Position numbers and translations under genes: made by a program. The notes below the pieces were generated by a model. It was not told the origin of the DNA, ran no database searches, and was given only the letters and a program-made list of their open reading frames with translations. This document shows, piece after piece, positions 25,089 to 31,974 of a stretch of DNA of 32,000 nt. Source of the DNA: Candidatus Saccharimonadota bacterium. GTDB lineage: Bacteria; Patescibacteriota; Saccharimonadia; Saccharimonadales; Saccharimonadaceae. The stretch lies in assembly GCA_002421785.1 (NCBI GenBank), contig DIRZ01000003.1, positions 370,700 to 402,699 on the forward strand, in the 5' to 3' direction. Every line of letters begins with the position of its first letter. Within the stretch, counting starts at the first letter, position 1.

Positions 25089-26543
25089 TTACTCCACTAT
25101 AGATGCCTCATACAGTCGGTATCGTGTGCGCCACTTCACGTACCAGCACGCCGCCGCTATGAGCCCGTACCATACCACTGCACCCCACCACGGGAATACC
25201 ACCTCACTTTGTGCCCACGGCACGCTTGCGCACCATTCGACCACAGCCACCATACTGCGAAGGACGAGTTCGGCCGGCCAACCTATTATCGGCGCAGCTG
25301 CTGGTAGCACGTAGCTTCCCAGCCCTGCGATAAACGTAAGGAGCATAGCCAGTGGAATAAATGGCAAGATGATAAGGTTACTCAAAATAGCAATATTACT
25401 AAATTGCCCAAAGGCGACCAGAATAATAGGCGCAGTTGCAAGCTGCGCCGAAATAGTTTCGCCAAGTATCTGCGGGACGAGTCGAGGTTTTTCATTCCCA
25501 TAAAAGTACGCCTGAAGAAGCGGCGCAACAATCATCACACCAGCAAATGCCGCGAAACTTAGCTCCCATCCTAGGTTTCCCCATGCATAACTGGGGTTTA
25601 CAAGCACCGTCGCTGCAGCGACCAATGCGAGCAGTGTTACAGGGTGAAATTTACGGCCATAATACCAAGCAAGCATACTAAGACTCGCTACCAGCCCCGC
25701 ACGAACCATACTCGGGCTCGCGCCTGTCATCGCAATAAACCCAACAATCAACACTCCGCCAGATAACGTGGCTAAATATTTTGAAACACGGGCAAAGGCA
25801 CGCCGCGCCAAACGTACAAGAATCGTTAAATTATAACCGCTCGCCACCACGATGTGCGTCAGCCCTGCAACAGTTAATGCCTCGACAAGATGGGGCGGAA
25901 GGGCGCTTTTCTGGCCAAGTAAATAGCCAATGCCTAGGCTTGCCGCTGGCTCCTCAATCGCTTTCCTCACGTGCTCCGCAAAATCATCGCGTACCATGAG
26001 CGCCACATCGCCGGGCTGCTCTCGCTCCACTTTTACGAGCGTCGCGCCGGTCATGGAGGCAGTAAAACTTCCGAACCCTGGCTGCAGCCGTCCATCAAGC
26101 GTCATGACATCACTCCGTCTCAGTACTGTTTGTCCCGCAACTACCGTCACCCACAGGTCGCCCGGCAGACTACGTGCATCAAGTGTCACGCGAGCCAGTT
26201 TTGCGACGGCCTGGCCTCTGTTATTCGTTTCAACATCATCGGCGATATGACCTCTTATTTGTACATGTTTCCCATAGAGTGCGTCGTACACCGCTACCGA
26301 TTCTTGAGTGGCGCTCCCCCGCCACATTCCCAGGCAAACCCCACCTATGAGTGCCGCCGCGAGCATAAAACGCCTGGGGCGCATCGCCCATAGAAGCGTC
26401 AACAATCCTGCCGTGAATAACCACGTCAACCCACCCGTGTGCGGCACCCACCGCGCACTCCACACTCCTATTACCACACCTAGGCACGCGGCCGTAAAAT
26501 GCCACGTCGGGTGAATCTTTGCCAGCAGCCAAGAACGTCTCAT
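25089..26543 (-). CDS. comEC: ComEC/Rec2-type DNA internalisation channel (OB-fold N-domain + competence TM domain, no beta-lactamase-like domain)
   Basis: N-terminal TM helices, an OB-like soluble insert (VQIRGHIADDVETNNRGQAVAKLARVTLD), then a polytopic competence-domain region (GLTHIVVASGYNLTIL, GASPSMVRAGL). The protein is 484 aa and ends right after the TM domain. Confidence 0.8.
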   Translation of the reverse strand: MRRSWLLAKIHPTWHFTAACLGVVIGVWSARWVPHTGGLTWLFTAGLLTLLWAMRPRRFMLAAALIGGVCLGMWRGSATQESVAVYDALYGKHVQIRGHIADDVETNNRGQAVAKLARVTLDARSLPGDLWVTVVAGQTVLRRSDVMTLDGRLQPGFGSFTASMTGATLVKVEREQPGDVALMVRDDFAEHVRKAIEEPAASLGIGYLLGQKSALPPHLVEALTVAGLTHIVVASGYNLTILVRLARRAFARVSKYLATLSGGVLIVGFIAMTGASPSMVRAGLVASLSMLAWYYGRKFHPVTLLALVAAATVLVNPSYAWGNLGWELSFAAFAGVMIVAPLLQAYFYGNEKPRLVPQILGETISAQLATAPIILVAFGQFSNIAILSNLIILPFIPLAMLLTFIAGLGSYVLPAAAPIIGWPAELVLRSMVAVVEWCASVPWAQSEVVFPWWGAVVWYGLIAAACWYVKWRTRYRLYEASIVE

Positions 26544-26583
26544 GACTCATATCGTAACAGAAGCGCTCAATTATCGCGCTACC

Positions 26584-26613
26584 TTGACAATACTCCCTGT
26601 AAAGTGGTATATT
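26584..26613 (+). promoter_or_regulatory. strong sigma70-type promoter for tRNA-Lys
   Basis: TTGACA (26584-26589), 18-nt spacer ending in TGg, TATATT (26608-26613). The tRNA 5' end lies 11 nt downstream. Confidence 0.6.
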
Positions 26614-26624
26614 CGAACAGTTAC

Positions 26625-26701
26625 GGGCCCATAGCTCAGCCGGTTAGAGCACCTGCCTTTTAAGCAGGGTGTCGTGAGTTCAAGTCTCACTGGGCCCTCC
26701 A
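26625..26701 (+). tRNA. tRNA-Lys (anticodon UUU), 3' CCA encoded
   Basis: Hand-folded: acceptor GGGCCCA/TGGGCCC, D arm GCTC-AGCCGGTTA-GAGC, anticodon arm CCTGC-CTTTTAA-GCAGG, variable GTGTC, T arm GTGAG-TTCAAGT-CTCAC, discriminator T, CCA. Confidence 0.9.
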
Positions 26702-26704
26702 AAG

Positions 26705-26741
26705 AAAAATACTCTGCGATTTCCGTAGAGTATTTTTCTTT
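26705..26741 (+). terminator. rho-independent terminator after tRNA-Lys
   Basis: Stem AAAAATACTCTGCG / CGTAGAGTATTTTT (one G-T pair) with 5-nt loop ATTTC, followed by CTTT. Confidence 0.7.
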
Positions 26742-26868
26742 GCACACAAATCGTTAGCGGAGCGTCAAAGTATCACGGGCAAAATTGCGTTATAGGCTAA
26801 GCCTGGGAGCAAAGCGATTGACTTACCAAGCCGTGGCTTCAGCGACACGACACTGGGCAAACGACGCT

Positions 26869-26945
26869 CACTTATTTTTTATGCTTATCCCAAGCGTGTG
26901 GTATTTTACAAAACATAACCTAATCCAGCGTTATCAATGGACAAG
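26869..26945 (-). pseudogene. decayed fragment homologous to the 3' end of the membrane-protein gene at 27681..28163
   Basis: Hand alignment of 26869-26945 with 27678-27755 gives roughly 70-75 percent identity. The minus-strand reading ..AGLGYVL(frameshift)CKIPHAWDKHKK* compares with ..ALGEVLFYKKPHARDEHKK* in the intact gene. Confidence 0.5.
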
Positions 26946-27074
26946 CTGGCCAGGGGCTACACTAATCTGCTGTGAATACCGCTCATTCTTAGATATTGGT
27001 AAAAGATGCCCCAAATAGACACATCCGCGAACAGACAACCACCAATGCCCTCTGTATGTCAGATGGCAGCGAAC

Positions 27075-27083
27075 TGATATAAT
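27075..27083 (+). promoter_or_regulatory. extended -10 promoter (TGaTATAAT) for the major pilin gene
   Basis: TGATATAAT ends 7 nt upstream of ATG 27091. Confidence 0.5.
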
Positions 27084-27090
27084 ACGAGGT

Positions 27091-27666
27091 ATGCATAAAA
27101 GAATAAGCGGCTTCACGATTGTTGAACTTTTGATTGTTATAGTCGTGATTGGCATCTTGGCCGCTATCTCCGTCGTCGTATTTAACGGGATTACCAGCCG
27201 AGCAATGAAATCAGCCACCGATAGTGATATAAGGAATATCGAAAAGAAACTACAGGTGCGGACACTTGAGACCGGTGGAGGCTTTAGGCGTGCGGCAGAA
27301 ATGATGACTAGCGGCGTATTGGCATCGTTTGGCAATAAGGTCCAGTATGACGTCACGAGTGACCCGGGCTCGCTATATAGCGCGCAAATGCAATCGACAA
27401 ATACGCCCAGGGGGAGCTACCTTTTTGATAACTATAGCTGGTCATATTCCTCCGACATCAACGTATATTACAGTAATATAGATCTTTACTACTGGGATTA
27501 CGGAGATGGCTACTGGCGGTGTAGCCTCTATAATTATTCTATTGGGAGAGATCCTGTGCTGGTTATTTCAAAGCCCGACAGGTGTGACTCTAATTTCTTT
27601 GACCGGGCAACGAATCAGCAGCCATGCCGAGCAGCCAGGGTCGAAGAATGTATTTGGATTTATTGA
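27091..27666 (+). CDS. pilA: type IV (IVa-like) major pilin candidate
   Basis: Prepilin signal MHKRISG|FTIVELLIVIVVIGILAAISVVVFNGITSRA with Glu+5. This is the classic PilA N-terminal helix. The C-terminal region has four Cys (two potential disulfides). Confidence 0.85.
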   Translation: MHKRISGFTIVELLIVIVVIGILAAISVVVFNGITSRAMKSATDSDIRNIEKKLQVRTLETGGGFRRAAEMMTSGVLASFGNKVQYDVTSDPGSLYSAQMQSTNTPRGSYLFDNYSWSYSSDINVYYSNIDLYYWDYGDGYWRCSLYNYSIGRDPVLVISKPDRCDSNFFDRATNQQPCRAARVEECIWIY

Positions 27667-27680
27667 GAAACAGTGACCAG

Positions 27681-28163
27681 TTACTTTTTATGCTCATCCC
27701 GAGCATGGGGCTTTTTATAAAAGAGAACTTCGCCCAGTGCCATGACAATGGCAACGGTAATGATGATTTTGTCATATGCAAGCAGTTGCGTGACAAAGAC
27801 TTGACTACCGTCATCCAATACGACGGCGTTCACGAACGCGCCGTACGTCAACATAACAGCTAGTACAGCAAACACAAGGCTACTCACGATACCATGGTGG
27901 CGTTGTGCCACCCTGTGCGATCGCGCCATCACTAGCAGCGCCGGCAGTAGCGTCAACGCAATTGCCACAAGGCTACTGAGCGGCGGCCGAATCACAATTA
28001 CGCCGGTGCTCGCAATAAGGGGAGTCAGGCTATCAGTCCACATTTTTGCAAGGACCGCACCCGCCGTGAGTGCCAGCGCTGGAACTGCCATACTGCGGCG
28101 GCTCGCCCAAGCGATAACAAAAAACGCGATGAGGTATGCTGCGAGAAGCACAAGGTAGGTCAT
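27681..28163 (-). CDS. hypothetical polytopic membrane protein
   Basis: 160-aa ORF with 4-5 hydrophobic helices. No recognisable family. TGgTATACT lies 6 nt upstream of the ATG. Confidence 0.5.
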   Translation of the reverse strand: MTYLVLLAAYLIAFFVIAWASRRSMAVPALALTAGAVLAKMWTDSLTPLIASTGVIVIRPPLSSLVAIALTLLPALLVMARSHRVAQRHHGIVSSLVFAVLAVMLTYGAFVNAVVLDDGSQVFVTQLLAYDKIIITVAIVMALGEVLFYKKPHARDEHKK

Positions 28164-28196
28164 GCCTATAGTATACCACTTATGATTCGGGAGTAT

Positions 28197-29108
28197 TTAC
28201 GCGCCGACTTTGTCTTTTTTGTGACCACGCTTCGCGTTCTGCTCGATGTACTCGATGATAGGTGTCGCAACGTCACGACCGGTCACTTTTTCGATGCCAA
28301 ATCCAGGGCTGGCGTTGACTTCAAGGATTAGTGGTCCACGCTCACTGCGCATCATGTCGACACCAGCGATATTAAGTCCCATAGCGCGCGCAGCTTTAAT
28401 CGCCATTTTGCGCTCTTCTTCAGTTAGCTTGATTGTCGTACCTTCGCCACCTTTATGCAGATTGCTTCGGAAGTCGTCGTCGAGACTCTGGCGTTTCATG
28501 CTGGCAACAACGCGGCCACCAACAACGAATGCGCGGATGTCTGTTCCGGCAGATTCCTTCACGAATTCCTGCAGCAATACGTTCGTGCCGTCATCGTTCG
28601 TGAGGTAAAATGCCTGCAGCACCGACTTTGCAGCCTTCTTGCTTTCTGCCAATACCACACCGTTGCCGTGAGTACCACGAGCGAGCTTGATGATAACGGG
28701 CGTACCGCCAAGCTTTTCCAGCAAGTCATCGATATCAGTGGAGTTACGACTAAAGACAGTTTTAGGAATACCCACGCCCGCTTTCGCGAGGAGCTGCATG
28801 CTTCGGAGTTTGTCACGGCTACGGTTAATCGCGAGCGAGCTTGAAAGTGTATATACACCTTGCATTTCCAGCTGGCGCACAATTGCCGTGCCGTATTTGG
28901 TCATATAGCTGGCAATACGGGGAATAATCGCATCATACTTTGCCAAGTCTTCACCACGGTAGCTCACCGTTGGGTTGTTCTTTTCAATCGAAGCATAGCA
29001 TTCGCGATACTTGATGACTTTGACGTCATGGCCACGGGCTGCCGCGACTTCTTTTAGTCGCTTGGTCGAGTAGTTACCCGTCCCGTTACTTAGGATTGCA
29101 ATTTTCAT
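28197..29108 (-). CDS. rimK: RimK-family ATP-grasp alpha-L-glutamate ligase
   Basis: Collinear by eye with E. coli RimK: MKIAILS, IPRI, RDKLRSMQLLA, VIIKLARGTHGNGVVLAE, DIRAFVVGGRVVA, DDFRSNLHKGG, AGVDMMRSERGPLILEVNASPG. Confidence 0.9.
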   Translation of the reverse strand: MKIAILSNGTGNYSTKRLKEVAAARGHDVKVIKYRECYASIEKNNPTVSYRGEDLAKYDAIIPRIASYMTKYGTAIVRQLEMQGVYTLSSSLAINRSRDKLRSMQLLAKAGVGIPKTVFSRNSTDIDDLLEKLGGTPVIIKLARGTHGNGVVLAESKKAAKSVLQAFYLTNDDGTNVLLQEFVKESAGTDIRAFVVGGRVVASMKRQSLDDDFRSNLHKGGEGTTIKLTEEERKMAIKAARAMGLNIAGVDMMRSERGPLILEVNASPGFGIEKVTGRDVATPIIEYIEQNAKRGHKKDKVGA

Positions 29109-30472
29109 TGGGAGGCTCCTTCTCGCGTTAAATACTTACTCAGTGCTTGCTGCTTGGCTTTGGCGTCGATACCACCAAGCATTTCGGGATTATAATTAAC
29201 TTCAATAATATACCAGATACCGGTGTTCGTGTCCTGTATCAAATCAACACCCGCAATGTTCCGTCCCATCGTGAGCGCCGCTTTAAGCGCTAGACTTATC
29301 ATTTCTGCGTTGGCGCTTTCCACAGGAATAAGCGTTGCGTTTGTTGAGCCATAAGGTTTATTGAGGTGTCGTTTCAAGGCATTTTTGTGGCCGCTAGTGG
29401 TTCGATGCACTACCTGCGCAATCTCATCGCCAAAGCACAGCACACGGTAAAATCCGTCATTGGGAATAAATTTCTGAACCAAAATTGTTTGAATATGCTC
29501 CAAGCGCTTTACGGCATTGGCAAATTCTACGGCGTTGCTCACGACATAGTTATTTTTGCCACGATCACTCGCAGGATCTTTCAGCACAATTTCTGGACCA
29601 AACTTGCTCGCGAGCTGCTCATAGCTGACAGAACTAAACCCATCCATGTTCAGACACGTAGGCGGCACAAGTACGCCACCGATGGCGAGCATAAACATCT
29701 CGCTAAGCTTGGTACTCGAAAGTGCATTCCCTACTTCGTAATCAATGAACCGCACATGGCGATACTGCAGGTACTTTGCAATTGCAACTGCATGGTCAGG
29801 GTAACGGCGATACGCCTTAAAGTACACAAGCGGGTGAGCTGCGATGTCCTCGCCACTAGGTAGCAAGATACGCGGCTTGCCTTCTACGGTAATTTCGTAG
29901 GTGAGATCTTGGTAATGGCATAGCTCAATCGTCGCCCCATCGCTACTATTCATGTCTTTTACTAAATTCGTTGTAGCTTCGTCGTTACGCGAGGTCAGCA
30001 GAATAACCGAGTTCTGGCTAGGGATGACGGGAGTATTGACGTTATGAAGTGATACGTCGACCAAAAAACGATTTCGCAAAAAGCGCTTGCCAATGAGTAC
30101 TGGGAAACGATTATTGGCACGGTTTGCCAGCGTAAACGATGCTCGGTATTTTTTGCCCGCAATGACCAACGCCAGTTTTACGCGGTATCGAAGCTCATCA
30201 TCACCGAAGGAATTTTTGATTTTCGCCAGACGAAAACTACGCGTGGTAAATACTTTCCCGGTGTAGCAGGCTGAACCTGGCCCGAACAAGACGAAAGACA
30301 GTTCGCCGTCCTGTTCGTTTACCTCTGTCGCCCATACACTCGACCCATCAGCGCCAGTGTCCACCTTTACCGGAACGGGCATATCACTGTTCTCGGGGAA
30401 TACAGCAAACTCGGTCGTTCCGATGACGCCGTAGGTCGCTTGGTTCTTATCTGACGATATGACCGTTTTCAT
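29105..30472 (-). CDS. fusion protein: retropepsin-like (RimB / 'ATP-dependent Zn protease' family) N-domain + divergent RimK-like ATP-grasp domain
   Basis: N-terminal region: IGTTEFAVFPENSDMPVPVKVDTGADGSSVWA ... RFPVLIGKRFLRNRFLVDVS (DTGA aspartyl motif). C-terminal region: ILVQKFIP, YRVLCFGDEI, AGVDLIQDTNTGIWYIIEVNYNPE. Its stop overlaps the rimK start (ATGA). Confidence 0.75.
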   Translation of the reverse strand: MKTVISSDKNQATYGVIGTTEFAVFPENSDMPVPVKVDTGADGSSVWATEVNEQDGELSFVLFGPGSACYTGKVFTTRSFRLAKIKNSFGDDELRYRVKLALVIAGKKYRASFTLANRANNRFPVLIGKRFLRNRFLVDVSLHNVNTPVIPSQNSVILLTSRNDEATTNLVKDMNSSDGATIELCHYQDLTYEITVEGKPRILLPSGEDIAAHPLVYFKAYRRYPDHAVAIAKYLQYRHVRFIDYEVGNALSSTKLSEMFMLAIGGVLVPPTCLNMDGFSSVSYEQLASKFGPEIVLKDPASDRGKNNYVVSNAVEFANAVKRLEHIQTILVQKFIPNDGFYRVLCFGDEIAQVVHRTTSGHKNALKRHLNKPYGSTNATLIPVESANAEMISLALKAALTMGRNIAGVDLIQDTNTGIWYIIEVNYNPEMLGGIDAKAKQQALSKYLTREGASQ

Positions 30473-30479
30473 TCTTTAT

Positions 30480-30508
30480 ATTATAGCAAATCATTACCAT
30501 TTTGTCAA
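30480..30508 (-). promoter_or_regulatory. consensus sigma70 promoter directly abutting the fusion-gene start (leaderless transcript predicted)
   Basis: On the minus strand: TTGACA (30508..30503), 17-nt spacer, TATAAT (30485..30480), 7 nt, then ATG 30472. Confidence 0.7.
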
Positions 30509-30519
30509 TATGTCCCACC

Positions 30520-31974
30520 TCAGGCAGCAACCGCTTGTTGTTTAGCAATTATCCGCTTAGCAAAGTAGAGCTCCTGGGGGTTAGTATGGTCAATATTGCC
30601 AATATGACTATCGTCCATCGCTTCGCTCAACCTATCGTCGGCAATTGCCTGCCGATAATACGCAGCATCCTTCATTATCCCTTCGTAATACACCTTGAGT
30701 TTGCTATAAATAACACCCGGCATCGCCCAGTTTGTGCCACGAAACGCGTTGTCATCGTGGACGGTCGCTTCCTTTTTTGCGCGTGCTTCAACTGCTTCGG
30801 TAATAAACCCATCTTCTGCATACTTAACGGCGAGTAGGCGCCACATCATTTCATAGGTTTGCCGGCCGTCCTTGGGCTGGCCATCCGCACCAAGCGCTAG
30901 TCCTGCAACGATATACCGGTCGCGTGCGCGATTAATTGATGGATTTTCCATCGTGCCAGCCTCCGCACACTCGTATAGTACCCCATCGCCCTCCTCAACA
31001 TCCGCGCTTTTCGCTGTACCGTACTTTAACAGCCGCACACCCGTGGCTTCACCTTTGACGCTTCGGTCAGCATGAACACCACGCTCATGCAGGTAGAGCC
31101 GACGTAATTCTGCGGCGTTGCGACGGGTTGTAGCGGGCAGGTAAATTCTCTTTTTTGCGACATGCGTAGACACAATGCTGATTTCATGCGAGACTTCAAA
31201 TTTCCACTTGCCCCCATCAAAACCGTCAGCATTGATGGCGCGGTTCATTATGTCTGCACACTGCGTTGCGTCGTAATACACATCATCAGGCGTATCGGGG
31301 AATTCCTCTAGTTCTTTGCCAAATCTGCGATGAAGTTCTTTCTGGATAGCAATGAGCTCACTGTTAGTCAGCAGCTCGGCCTCTTCGCCTTGAAATTCGT
31401 GCATATCAAAATAGCGGAGCAGCTGTTGCTGGATATTACGCGTACGTTCGTCTGCCGGTATAAAATTCGCGACACGCCGCGATTCTGTTGCCATCATCGC
31501 ACCAAATACCGCCTCGTCAATCTCGCCATAAATCTCATGATTGAGCTGCATAAATTCTTGACGAGCGGTCTGAACTGCTTGGGAATTCCCCGCTTCACGA
31601 AGTCGCTTTGCAGCCTCAACCAACATCATTTTTTTTAGTCGCATCTCATGACCACCTGCATAGAATTCATATTCTTCATCAGATATCACCCCAGACCCTT
31701 TATTTGCCTCGAGTTCGAGAATCGCCTCGTAGGTATCGCGCTTTCTTTCTGCAAATGTCGTTTTGCCCTCGACTGTATCGTAAAGTCGATCGAGCTTAGG
31801 GTACAAATAATCAGGCTCGTACGCCGAGCCATGGATAAAAGCTCTTTGGCTCTCAGCACGCCTGGCGGTGGAATCCTGGAAATACGGATAGTCCGTGAAG
31901 CCACTTTTCACATCGACATATGCTTGGATTTCTGGTGCTGATTTTTGTGTTTGCATAATGCTTACGCCTAGCAT
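30520..31974 (-). CDS. MATCAP/DUF1704-like gluzincin metallocarboxypeptidase candidate with long N-terminal extension
   Basis: RRNAAELRRLYLHERGVHADRSVKG (HExxxH at aa 296-301), followed about 25 aa later by VEEGDGVLYE. This echoes the HEIGTH ... QEGLA arrangement of DUF1704. Assignment is by motif pattern only. An alternative start is ATG 31956. Confidence 0.5.
   Translation of the reverse strand: MLGVSIMQTQKSAPEIQAYVDVKSGFTDYPYFQDSTARRAESQRAFIHGSAYEPDYLYPKLDRLYDTVEGKTTFAERKRDTYEAILELEANKGSGVISDEEYEFYAGGHEMRLKKMMLVEAAKRLREAGNSQAVQTARQEFMQLNHEIYGEIDEAVFGAMMATESRRVANFIPADERTRNIQQQLLRYFDMHEFQGEEAELLTNSELIAIQKELHRRFGKELEEFPDTPDDVYYDATQCADIMNRAINADGFDGGKWKFEVSHEISIVSTHVAKKRIYLPATTRRNAAELRRLYLHERGVHADRSVKGEATGVRLLKYGTAKSADVEEGDGVLYECAEAGTMENPSINRARDRYIVAGLALGADGQPKDGRQTYEMMWRLLAVKYAEDGFITEAVEARAKKEATVHDDNAFRGTNWAMPGVIYSKLKVYYEGIMKDAAYYRQAIADDRLSEAMDDSHIGNIDHTNPQELYFAKRIIAKQQAVAA

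Noticed and set aside
26740-27090. A 350-nt non-coding gap next to tRNA-Lys as a possible integrated mobile element or ncRNA gene
   Set aside because: No integrase, no tRNA 3'-end direct repeat and no convincing conserved RNA fold were found. The only structured content I could support is the decayed gene fragment and the pilin promoter, both reported separately.
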